A stretch of DNA of 64,000 nucleotides from Rhizaria sp. SCN 62-66 (lineage: Eukaryota). Made by a program: the position numbers and the translations under genes. The DNA lies in assembly GCA_001724265.1 (NCBI GenBank), contig MEDY01000036.1:1-64000 (forward strand), read 5' to 3'. Shown here one piece after another: positions 1-11,682 of the stretch. A model generated the notes under the pieces. It saw nothing but the letters and a program-made list of their open reading frames with translations, was not told where the DNA came from and did not search any database. Position 1 is the first letter of the stretch; the number at the start of each line of letters is the position of its first letter.

Positions 1-1
1 G

Positions 2-133
2 CTCAAGGAGAAGCTCTCCAAGCTCGAGGGTGCCAAGAAGTCCCTCGGCAAGTCCATCGATGGCCTCAAGTCTGTCGCCACCGGCAAGGAGGTCCCCGCC
101 TCGTTCATCGCCGAGGTCGAGAGCATGATCTAA
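2..133 (+). CDS. 3' end of an unidentified gene, truncated by the window edge (LKEKLSKLEGAKKSLGKSIDGLKSVATGKEVPASFIAEVESMI*)
   Basis: Open frame from position 2 with strong C/G-ending codon bias, TAA at 131-133, then increasingly AT-rich 3' sequence. Confidence 0.75.
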   Translation, partial: LKEKLSKLEGAKKSLGKSIDGLKSVATGKEVPASFIAEVESMI

Positions 134-572
134 GTCAGCCAGTGGTCCCGTGACGACGACGACGATGACGGCGGCGAGTGATAACAGCTTGCAGTGGAGA
201 GAGATGGGGCAGGAGGAGTGTTGGTGGAGAATAACGACGAAGCCAGCCTTTCAACCTGAGATAGGCTTCGTTGACAGTGTGATGTTTTTGTTATTGCAAG
301 ATGATGAATACAAAACATATGATGTTGCATCTACGAATACGCTTGATTGTACTTAACGTAGTTGATTCATCGCTTTAAAACAAGAAAGGAATTCGTCACT
401 TGTATTGTGTGTTTGTCATATTTGGGCTTAGTTGTAAGATGGTTTGCTAAATAACGCATTTTGACAATATAGTCAGAGACAGCTTGAGCTAAAACAGTAT
501 GTTGCATTCCGCGCATCTCACGATGTGTTTATTCGACCTGGTTGCTCGGTGCGGCGTAGGTTTAGGACTTGC

Positions 573-1286
573 TTAGTACTTGTAGCGGGTCGAGTAGTCC
601 TTGGGAGACTCGACGAGACCACGGCCACGAACAGCGCCACTGTGGTGGTTGATCGTTGGCAGTCGTCAGAAACAACCCCGTTGAGCATCAATTGATTGTT
701 TGGTGGTGGGTAGAAAGTTGGGTGCAGTAGCCGTTTGGAGATGAAGAATGAAGGCCCATGATTCGTGAACAAAGCGTTGGAGAGTTGGAGAGAAAAAACA
801 AATAGAGAACACATGACACAATAACACACGTGAGCTGAAGCTGGCAGCGGTTGCGTTTGATTTGATAGTGTGAGACTGAAGGAAACATGAATGTGGGAAA
901 AGCTGGGACTAGTGGGCGACGTACCGGAAGACGACTTCGATGATATCAATAAGCTCCTGTGTGTCGTCCATGGGCCAGGTGATCTTGTTGTTGTCACCGG
1001 TGCCAAGGTCAATCATGATGTGCTTGTTGTTATAGAAAAACATTAGACTGAGGTTGTCCCAGAGCTCGTACATGTTATTGAAGTCGGGAACATCGGTGAT
1101 GTCGACGAGGTAGATGACGGCAAAGTTCTTCACTTGCTCGGAGATCTTGTACAGAGTCTCGTCCATAAGCATGCAGTCGGTGTCGTGGTCATGACCGAAG
1201 CGGATGACGACGACGCGCTCTTGCTCCGTCACGATGGCTTGGTCGACGGCCCAGCCCGACTCGAGGTGCGGCAGCATGTACGACAT
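573..1286 (-). CDS. DIM1: U5 snRNP thioredoxin-like protein Dim1/TXNL4A, 142 aa, 2 exons (1286-925, 639-573)
   Basis: MSYMLPHL..GWAVDQAI..E.ERVVVIRFGHD and KHIMIDLGTGDNNKI are typical of Dim1. A GTACGT...CAG intron (924-640, phase 2) restores the C-terminus RGAVRGRGLVESPKDYSTRYKY-TAA. Confidence 0.97.
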
Positions 1287-1746
1287 CGTGGAGTGTGGAT
1301 TTAGCTAGCAAGTGGCTGTTGCAGACGCAATAAAAAGAAGTTCAAGCTCCTAAAAAAGGATAAAAGCGCGGGGTAGCGTGGTGTATCCGTAGACGGACGG
1401 GTTGGGACAGTAGGCAATCACATTATTCAACGGACGTCAACAGCTCTCTCGCGCTCCGTCCCGCGATTCTGTACCACCACTTGGCCTGTTCTTGAGCTTT
1501 CGTGAGTTGCAGAGCACTCTATATAGAGTATTCGAGATATGTTATTTATATATTCGACTGAAGTTGCGCGCGTATACCAATTAACTAAATCATATTTCTA
1601 TTTGACGATACATGTCGCTGGTCCCGAGCTCTTTCTTGCGTCCTCGTCGCTTTCGCGCCTATCTTCCTGCTCTACTTCTGACCTCGTTGACGCTTCACCA
1701 CTTTTGTATAATTACTACGACGCTGCACTAACTCGATTTTAGACAC

Positions 1747-4700
1747 ATGTCCGACGCGCCCGGCTTTGTTCGTGACGCTAGCGTGACGTCCCTGTCGCAC
1801 GCACCGCTACTCTATGACCCCGCTGTTGCAGCCTCAGTCGCAGCCGCTGCCCCTCCGCTCTCCGTCGTCGTCCCTGGCGCCACCCCAGCCTCGTACGTTG
1901 CCCTGCCGACTGCTGCAGATCACTCCGCAGCATTGGGCGCCCAATTTGGCTCTACCCCGTCTGTGATCACCTTTGGTTCCGCGCCGCCGTCGCATCTCGC
2001 AGCACACCACGCACACGCAGCCGCCGCCGCCGCCGCTGCCGCCGCCGCGCACGCGCACGCCCACGCTGCAGGGCGGCTAAACTCAGACTCCGCGGCCATG
2101 CTCGACCTTTTGCTTGCCCCCGTCAACACGAGCGCGGCGGGCAAGCCGATCGCCGGCATCACCCTGCCCAGCAACGTTGTTGTCACAGCTAACATCCCCA
2201 CTAGCAGCGGCAGCAGTAGCAGCAACAGCGCCGACGACGGTGCCGGTCGCTCCGGCGCCGCTGTTTCTTTTAGCACGGGCGCGGGCGCGTCCAGCTTTCT
2301 GCGCGTGTGGCGGTGCGCGCAGTGCGGGCACGCCTTCGCCTCCGAGGCGGCCTACGCCGCACACACGCCCGCAGGCACGGGCTGCCAGACGCGCAAGGTG
2401 CCGCGCGCGCGCCGCCGCACGGCGATGCAGGCGCACTTCCCCGACTCGGTGTACACGGCGCTGATGGAGCCCGACAGCGATGACGAGGCCCCCGCGCCCG
2501 CCTTCACCACCACCGCGCAGCACAACGCTGCCGCAACCGCCGCTGCGACCACCCCCGGCTCCGGCTGTGGCGCTGTCTCTGGCGCGAGCGCGGGCGCGGA
2601 CGCAGCGTCTGCGGCCAAGTCCGCCGCGATTGCCGCGACCGCCGCGCTGGAGGACGCCGCAGATTACGAGGACGAGTGCGACGGCGACGCGACCACGACT
2701 GCCACGACGCGCGTCAACGCGCGCGCCGCCATGGGCGTGCCCATCTTCACCGCGTTCCCGCAGTCGGCCGCCTCCGTGGGCCCGGGTGCCAGCGCGGGCT
2801 CCGGCTCGGGCTCGGGCGCGGGGTCGTCCTCGTCGTCCTCGCTGTCTGGCGCCGCCGCCGTGGCCGCAAGCGCGCTCGCGATCATGCCCTCGGTCGCGTC
2901 CGCGGCGCTGGCGGGCGCGGCCGCCGCGGGCAACGCCGTGTACACGCACGCCTTCGCGCCTCCCGCGGCGACGTTTGCGGCCGCGGCGGCTGCGGCCCCG
3001 CCCGCGCCGCTGCCATCGCTCGCGAGCCGCGCGGGCGTGACCGTGGGCGCTGTCACGGCGGCCAAGAGGGCCAAGTTCGCCGCCGAGCATGACAGCGCTG
3101 TGGCCGCGACACTCGCTGTCGACGCGCTCGTCGCGCTTGCGGTGCCGAACAATAGCCACAACAAGAGTGCGGGCACTAGCACAGGCTCTGCTGTGGGTGG
3201 CGTCACTGTCAATACTGGCATCAGTCCGAACACCGCGAACTCAAGTCACAAGAGCTTGTCGTCGTCGTCGTCATCGTCGCCGTTGGCGGGCGCGCATCCT
3301 GTGTTGGTGACCGTGAGCACCCCCGCTGTTCTAACTCAAGCCGCCACCGAGGCCCTCGCCCAGGCGCACTCATCGCTCGCTGCCGCGTCCGTGGCTTCCG
3401 CGTCCGTGGCTTCCGCCGCGCTGGCCGCCGCGGCGCCGGCCTCGGCCACGGCGTCCGCGGCGGCCGCGCTGGGCGGCGTGTCGGCGGCGGGCGCGGCGCA
3501 TGGTCAGGCGCTCGGGCTTGGGCTCGGCCACGGCGTCAACGGCGACGTGCTGACCGCGGGCGCGTTGCTCATGTCGCAGTACGGCTCCGTGGCCGCGGGC
3601 GGCGCCGGCGACGAGGAGGACGAGCTGTCGGAGCAGGAGGCTGAGCTCGCACAGGTACGTGTCCGGTTTTGAACAACAACAAACCAGAAAGCAACGTTTA
3701 ATTTATTGCACATTACCAATCCAATGGCGTAATTATCAGCGCACTTGTCTGTATTTCATTCGATTTCTTTAGTTATTTTGAATCTTACCATCACGCGTTA
3801 TGATCTTTCAAACATCTTTGCTACTCTTTGCAACCACAGGACCCATTTAGTGTCCCTGCCGCCAAGGCCATCCACCTCCGCTTCGTGTCCACCGAGGCCG
3901 ACATTACCGGCGCCAAGGCCGCTTTTGCGCCCACCTACACGCACCAGCTGTTCGAGAACGAGTACATCAGCGGCTTCCGCGGCGCCTCGGTAGACTTGTT
4001 CTTCACCGCGGGCTCGCTCGATGCCTTTTTCCAGCTCCGCTTCCGCGAGCCGCGCAACCCGGGGCTGATCAACAGCGGCGTCGTCGGCTGCGACGCCGTT
4101 GCCAGCGCGGCCGCGCTCGCCGCCGGCACCACCGCCAGCGAGCAGCAGCAGCAGCAGCTGTCGACGTACGTCCCGCTCTCGGTCACCGGCAACAGCGCCG
4201 TCAACAGCGCCCGGGCCGCGGCGCTCGCCGCCGCCGCCGCTGCGGGGCCAGACGGCCGCACTGTCGTCGTCGGCAAGAGCGCGAGCGACCCCGTCGGCGC
4301 CGCCGCGCTCGCCGCCGCCGCGACCGCCGCCTCTGCCGCCGCCGCCGCCCCTGCGACAAGCGCCAGCAGCAGCAACAGCAGCAGCAGCGGTGGCGGTGCG
4401 GGCGCGGGAGCGGGCTCCGGCAACGTGCGCGCAAGTCGTTCAGCCACAGTCGCCGCGAACAATAGCACCAACAGCAACGGCAGCTCTGGCGCTGACAGCG
4501 CGGCGGCGGAGAGCGGCGTCAGCGCGAGCGGCAGCGGCGCCGTGGCGGTCGACGTGTCGCGGGCGCTGACGACCGACGCGCACGGCCACGCGTCCCTGGC
4601 CGCGATCACCACCACCAAGGACCTGCTGCAAGCCACCGTTGCCGCCGCGGTTACGCCGGGGCTCACAGTCGCTGACGTGCCACTGCCCAGCGCCGCCGTG

Positions 4701-6347
4701 GCTCCCACGCCCACCAGCGCCTCCGCCGCCGCCGCTGCGGCCGCCGCGGCCGCAGCCGCGACCGCCGCGGCTGCCGCGTCTGTCGCCGCCAACACCACAA
4801 GCAGTGCTAGCGGCGGCGGCAGCAAGGCGAGTGCGACGCCGATTACGGCCGCGCCGACCGCGGCTGCGGCTGCAGCGGCGGCCGCGGCGGCTGCCGCCGG
4901 GCACGGACCCTCTGCCGCTGCTGCTGCCGCCAGCGCTGCCGCCATTGCTGCCGCCGCGGCCGGCGGCTACGTTGCGCCCCCGCCGCGCGTTGTTGACCTG
5001 ACTGCGGAGGAGGTGCTTGAGAAGTTCAGAGCGAAATTCCCCGCATCTGCGGTCGTGGACAGCATGGCCGAGTTCAAGCATAAGGTGGCCGAGACGCCGA
5101 CGACCTTCACCCCGCCCGGGACCATCATCCACTCGTACTCTGTCCCCTCTGTCGGTACGCACAACTTACTAAGCAATGACTTCAGTTTTTGTTGATGTTT
5201 CTTTCTGATCTGTTAGTCTTGAAAATTAATTGGTATCTTGAGGGTCTATTTTGTTACACCTGTTTTTGTCACATCACATGTCACTGTTCATATTTTTTTT
5301 TTTCCCGGTGCGTTTGCTATGCAGACCACATGCACAAGGGCCACCGCGTCGAGTATTCGTATCACGTTTTCCACGGCCGCTTTAACGATCCCGCGGTGCG
5401 TGACTACCACGAGCGACTGCAATTTTTCCTGCTCATGTTCATCGACCGCTCATCGTTCATCGACGCCGAAGACCTCGTTTGGGAAGTGCTGGTGACATTC
5501 GAGAAGGCGTACAACAGGGGCACACAGGAGGTATGTCTTCGTGCAGATTTCTCTATTTGCAATAATTCTTCTCTTATTTATGTACTTAAACGGAATGTGA
5601 TTCACTTTCTCATCTTGTGTATTACACATTTGTTTTATGGTATGTAGACCGTCTGGCGTGTCGTTGGTTACACCACGCTGTACACTTTCCTCAGCTACCC
5701 CCACGGCGAGAAGCTGCGTCTGTCACAGATCATCATTTTCCCCACGTTCCAGCGCCAGGGCCACGGCCAACAGCTACTCAACTGCGTTTACGCTGAGGCT
5801 GAGAAGAGGAACGTTGTGGAACTCAATATTGAGGATCCCGCCGTCGGTAAGTCAACTCCTCTCTGAACCTACGCTTGATGCCATAATTATCATTGCTCAA
5901 CTTATAATTCTACCGTTTTTAGCAATCAAATGGATCATCTAACATTCTTGATGTGTTTCTTCGTTTGATTGCTTGTCCATCATCTTAGGTTTCCAAGCGT
6001 TGCGCGACCTGACGGACGTGACCCGCGCCCGCGAGCGCGGCTACTTCATCACGCCCACCCCCTGGTCCGCCAAGCTGGGCGAGACGGTTCGCGCCGCGCT
6101 GCGCTGCACCATCGGGCAGGTGCGCCGCGTGCACGACATCTGCTCGCTGGCCACCATGGATCCGCGCAGCGAGAGCGACTACAAGGCCTTCCGCCTCGAC
6201 CTCAAGCGCCGGCTGCTCAAGAAGTACGAGGAGGAGCTCTCGGTGTACAGCGACGACCCGGAGGCGCGGAAGGCCGCGCTGCACGAGAAGTATCTCAAGG
6301 TCACCGCCGCGTACAGGGATGTGCTCCGCAAGGCGCGCTTGCGGTGA
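1747..6347 (+). CDS. HAT1: Histone acetyltransferase type B catalytic subunit (Hat1) with long N-terminal extension, ~1328 aa; exons 1747-3654, 3840-5154, 5325-5530, 5648-5846, 5989-6347
   Basis: Hat1_N motif FAPTYTHQLFENEYISGF, HERLQFFLLMFIDRSSFID, GNAT motif A LRLSQIIIFPTFQRQGHG and EDPAVGFQALRD. All four GT-AG introns are phase-compatible; TGA stop. Attachment of exon 1 is less certain than the Hat1 core. Confidence 0.88.
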
Positions 6348-7092
6348 AAAATGAAGGACGACAATTGTGCGATGCAGTGAGCGACAGAGCATGTCACAGT
6401 AGTGGACACAAATGCACGGCGTAATGATTTATTGAGTGCATTGGTGTCGATGTAGACATGGCCAACTGAGTCTACTTTCGTGAGTGTGCTGTTTACTGAG
6501 CTGTTCTGTGATCAATAAAGATAGCTTCTTAAGTTGCACTGGGTAAAAATAATGTTTTTATTCAACGTAGAACAGGTTCTGTCACTACTTATACACAGTC
6601 GGGTGCGTTAGGCGTTTGTATCAAAATGAGGTTAATCGACAATGAAAAAACAACAAAGTAAAGCAAAGCAAAAGCAAACTAGGTTATCATGAGCAAAAAG
6701 ATCCTTCATTGAGTCCATATTTAGACGAAACAAATAGAACGCTATCATACTAGGATGTTATCATTAGTTGCAAACAAAACAATGGACCTGGATGTTGTTC
6801 CAAACAGAAAAGTGAGTAGTAATCGGAGTTTGTAGTAGCGGTCGTCGTCGACTAACTGCTACGGAGAAATGTACATGAACGTCGATGTTTAAGAATCGCA
6901 CGTGCTTAAAATGTAAACAAAGTGGATGAAAAGACATAAGAAATAACTGTCAACGCGCAAACAACAGTAACAACAATTATAAGTAGAAGAGTCAAATTAT
7001 GTCTTACGAGTCACCTCTGAATTATATATAAAAAGGCCACCATACGCATCACTTTGTCAAGACGACCAGAATTCAACTTGTCGTTTAGTTCC

Positions 7093-10000
7093 TTAGTACG
7101 CGGCCTCCGAGTTCTCCAGCTGCTTGGCTACAAAGGCGGTCTGCGCGATGAGCTAGCGCTGCAGCTCGGGTTCAATGCGCCCGCGCCACTTCTGGATCTT
7201 GGCGTGTGTAAGGTAGCACGGCGCGGTGTGCGCCGTGGTCATGAGCGCGTCGCAGTCGATGGCGCGCGCCGGGAGCGCGGAGAGGAAGACGAAGACGTCC
7301 CCGGGCGTGGAGAGCGCGAGCACGTCGGGCGTGGCCAGGTGCAGCAGTGCTAGCGCGGTGCGGAAGAGCACGGCTGTGTTGCCCTCGGCCAGCATGACGT
7401 CCCAGACGCGGAAGGCCGACTCAGGGGGCAGGATGTCAACGTAGAGACACAGGAACCACGGCAGGCAGATGACGGCGATGTCGACGTTGAGCGCGCGGAG
7501 GTGATCCGCCAGCACCGGGAGCCGCTTGCCGACGTAGACCGAGAGCACGCGCATGTCGGTGCGCACGTCAAGCATCGACGGCGAGTAGTAGTCTGCAGGG
7601 ACGACCGTGGACAACAGCTGGTCAAGCATCCAGAAGGCGCGCTCCTCGGAGTAGAAGAGCAGCAGCGCGGCGGTGATGATGTTCATGCTCTGGCAGTAGC
7701 CGATGCGCGGGTGCTTAAACGAGAACACGGCCAGCACGTTGGTCAGCATCGCCATCCCGTGGTCGGAGCGGAACAGCGGTCGGTGCTGCATCGTGCGCTT
7801 GACGTCCTTCTCGATTTCCTTCTGCGACTTGGTGGGGTGAAACGTGAGCTGCCAGAGACACGTCTCGTAGTAGTCGCTGTGCTCCTGCCGCAGCACGGCC
7901 GCGTCGGCCAGCGCCTCCCACGCCAGCGGGCGCGCCGCGACGGGGATGCCGCGCTGCACGAGCCGCAGCCCCTTCGTGGAGCGCAGGCGGGCCGCGAAAG
8001 ACGCCAGCGCGCGCTCGTCGGGCTCGGAGTCGGAGTTTGCGGCCGCGGCGGGCACGCCGTGGAGCATCTGCCCGCGCGCACCCCAGTCCGCGGGCAACCC
8101 GCAGCCGGCGGCGAGGTCCGCCCACGCGGGCTGCACGGCCAGGCGCGACATGGCGTAGTCTTCGCGCCAGGTCGAGTACTGGATCGGCGATACGTCGCTG
8201 CCGAGCGAGGTCCGCGGCAGCGAGACGCTGCCGCGGCCGCCCAGCTCGGGCGGCATCGACAGCGAGCCCCCACTGGCGATGAGCGCCGTGCTGATGTTGG
8301 CCTCGCTCGCGCTGGCGTTGCCAGAGCTGGAGTGGGAGGGCGAGAGAGTGGTAGGACTCACGGCGGCCGGGGCTGACGACGGCGGCGGCGGCGGGCGCGA
8401 CGGCATCACCGAGTACGCCCGCTTCTGCTGCTGCTGCTGCTGACTGGTCTGAGGCGGCGGCGGCGGCGGTGTGACCGTGGACATGAGGCGCTGCGGGGGC
8501 GCAGACGGTGGCGGCGGCCGCTGCGGCGGGGGCTGCCGCGGCAACGCATTGTCACTTGCACCGGCGCTGGCACTGGCGTTGGCGTTGGCGGCGGCAGCGG
8601 CGGCGGCGATGGCTGCGGCCGACGGCGGCGGCGGGGGCAGGACCGACCCGCGGTGCTGCATTTGCTGCTGACTGGGGGAGGCCGCTACAGAGGGGCCAGT
8701 GCTCGCGGTGCCGTTGGCGCCAGTGAGGACAGACGGGGGGCGGTGCGCGGGCGGCGGGGGCCGGGGGGACACCGCGCCGCTGGCGCTGGCGTTGGTGGGG
8801 CTTAAGACGCTGCCGCGGGAGGCGAGGTGTGGCGGCGGCGGCGGCGGCGGCACGCTCGAGCCCGCACTGGCGCCCGCGCCGGCGCTGGGCGGGGGGAAGA
8901 AGGACGCGGCACCGCTGGCGCTGCTCGCGGCCGCGTTGGTGCTTGCGGCGGCGTTGTTCGAGGGCGAGACGTAGGAGGCCGGGGACAGGGCCATGTGGGG
9001 CGGTGGCGCCAGCGAGGCGTGCGCCGTGGGCAGCGCGGTCGGCGAGCCTGCGATGTTCGCAATGAAAATAAATGCAGAGAAATATGCTCAGTGAGATTGA
9101 TCCAAGATATCATTGAATGATACGAATGAAAAACAAATTAGAAAACATGAACAACAAAAACACACACACGGTAATTACAGGATGATGGCGACATTCACGT
9201 CTAAAAAGTAAGATGAAAGAATTATATGTTGTGTCGATATCGTACCTGGAGGGGACCAGTCGCGGCCGCCATAGTAGTCGTCGTCGTCGTCATCCTCGTC
9301 GTCGTCGTCGCTGCCGCCAGCGCCGTTGCCGCCTCTGCCGTCCTCGGCATCGCCGTTGACTGACGACGCGCGGGTGAAGGTATACGAAGCATCATAGGGC
9401 AGAAACGACTCCGGGAGACCGCCGTCGCCGTCGTCGTCGTCGAAGCCGCCGTCCTCGTCCTCGTCCTCCTCCTGCTCCGGCGCAGCGCCGGCGGCGTCGC
9501 CGCTGTCCGTCTGCTGCGACGAGCTCGCGGTGGCAGCGCTGGCGCCGGGCGGGGGCGCGAAGGGGGGCGGCGGGGGACGCGCGCTGGCGCCGCTGCTGCC
9601 GCCAGCCGAGGGAGCGGGGGGCGAGAAGGGCGGCGGGGGCAGGCCGAGCGTGGGGACCGTCACGCTGCCGCGAGGCACCGCGCTTGCGCTCACAGGCGCC
9701 GTCGCCGTCGCCGTCGTGCCCGCGCTTGCGTTGGCGTCGGTGGGGCTGGCGTCCTGGGCGGCGTCGTCAGCAAAGCGCACGACCTTCTTGCCTCTGCGGC
9801 TGCCGGTGCGGCCCGCGAGCGAGCCGAACACGCCCGTGCCTAACCGCGCGTACGGCGCCGCGGCGGGCTGCTGCTGTTGCTGCTGTTCCGACTGAGCATG
9901 TTGTGGCTGGGATTGGGCAGCTGATAAAGGGGGCGGCGCGGGAGCGCTCTTGCCTGCACCCACACTGGTACTGGTACTGGCACTGACGCTGCTCAAGCTC

Positions 10001-10755
10001 GACGCGGGCATGCCATACTTGGCCACCTGCGACTGCGACGCGGCTGCCGACGAAGAGGACGATGCAGAGGACGGGGAGGATGTTGCGAATCGCGTGATGA
10101 GCGCGGCGACGCACACGGAGCCCGGCACAGGGGGCCGGACGGGGGCGGGGGGCCGGGCGCTGCCGGGCGCGTACGCCGGCGTCGGCGGCGGCGGAATCGG
10201 CACCGCTGGCGCCACGGGCGGCCGCGGGCCCACTGAGCTCGCAGTCGTGAAGCTAGAGCTATAGCTAGAGTTGGCACTGGGACCCTTGGACAAACAGTTG
10301 TTACTGCTGCTGCTGCTGCCATTGCTGTTGGTGGCGAACGGGCGCGGAGCCGGCGCCGCGGGGGCCGCCGGCTGCGCGCCGTTGTAACTCACAGTGCTCG
10401 CGGCCGCAGCGCTGGAGCTCGCGGCAGCCGGGGACGGGGGCAGCGGCGCGGCGAGGCGCGGGGCCGCGCGCGCGGGCCCCGACGGCAGCGGCACCTGCGG
10501 CGGGTGACCCCGGCCGCTGCCCCCCGCGGCGGCCGCGGCGGCGGGCGCGTACGAGAGCCCGTAGTCGTAGTCGCTCACGGGGGCGCGCAGCAGCGTGCGG
10601 TGGCGCGCGGCCGAGGGCACGACGCGCCCGTTCACGGCGTTGGCGCCAGAGCTAGAGCTGGCGTTGACGCTGGCACCGGAGCTGGCGCCGGGAGGGAGGT
10701 TAGCACCGGCGCCGCTGCTGTTGGTGCTGAGCTGAGACCGGTTAACATTGTTGTT

Positions 10756-10786
<31 letters not shown>

Positions 10787-11682
10787 CCAGCCGCGGTGGA
10801 ATTAGTGCTGAGCGTCGAGCCCGCCCCCGCAGACGCAGAGCCGGCGCCTCGCTGCGACGCGGCGCTGGCGGCGGCGACGGTCTGCTGCTGCGAGGGCGTC
10901 CACGCCGTGCGCGCACCGGTTGTGAAATGCTTGAGACAGAGCCCCGCGGTGGCGGCGCGCAGCGCGCAGCCGACCGAGGCGCAGCGCTGCGCCGCCGCCG
11001 CGGGTGACGGAGCGGCCGAGGCGGGCGCGGGCAGCGGCGACCGCGGGGCAGTGCCCGCCGCGCCCGTGCGGAAGACCGCGTTGCCCCCGCTCCCGCTCGC
11101 GCTAGCACCCGCACTGGCGCTTGCGCTGCTCGAGGCGTTGGGGGTGACTGTGACGGTAACGGTGCCGCCGCTGCCGAAGCGCGAGGGCGCCGGCTTGGAC
11201 GGCGACGGCGGCGGCCCCGCGGCGGCGGACGCGCTCGTGCCAAAGTTCGAGTTCGCGGAGCCCGCGCCGGAGCCGGAGCCCGAGGCGGAGGCGGGGTTGG
11301 TGGGCAGGGCCGAGTCGGGGCGCGGGCGGCGCGGCGCCTCAGAGGCCGGGGGCTGGGCCTTGGCGCCAGCGCCGCCGCCTGCACCCGCGCCGACGGCCGT
11401 ACTGGGGTTCGCGTGCGTGGCAAAGGTGGACGAGTGGCCCGGCGCCGCGCTGGAGGGAGACGCCGCGTGCGCAGGGGACGCGGCCGAGGAGGCAGTGTTG
11501 TTGCGAGGGGAGAAGGCGTCTGTGTGGCGGAAGTTTGTGAACGTGGGGGACATGGTGGACTCCTGGCGACGAATGTCGCGGATGCGGAGGTTCCGGAGGT
11601 CCGAGAGAGGTTGGCCAGAATTCTTGGCGTTGGCAGCGGCGGCCGCAGCTTCGAAGATGTTAATGCGGGTGTGAAGGTCCAT
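7093..11682 (-). CDS. TBC-domain Rab GTPase-activating protein with long Pro/Ala/Ser-rich N-terminus; exons 11682-9246 and 9047-7093 (~1463 aa if the TAG at 7153-7155 is sense; ends at 7153 under the standard code)
   Basis: Catalytic motifs EIEKDVKRT (IxxDxxR) and GYCQSMN (YxQ), plus EERAFWML, WFLCLY and FRVWDVML. Phase-1 intron GTACGA...CAG at 9245-9048. Confidence 0.9.
7153..7155 (-). other. In-frame TAG, candidate sense (Gln) codon, near the C-terminus of the TBC gene
   Basis: Followed by 19 codons, 17 of them ending in G/C (LIAQTAFVAKQLENSEAAY), then TAA at 7095-7093. Confidence 0.6.

Noticed and set aside
909-924. DIM1 ORF apparently ending YVAH-TAG
   Set aside because: This TAG lies in the intron; splicing restores the conserved C-terminus ending in TAA. 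Not evidence of a TAG stop.
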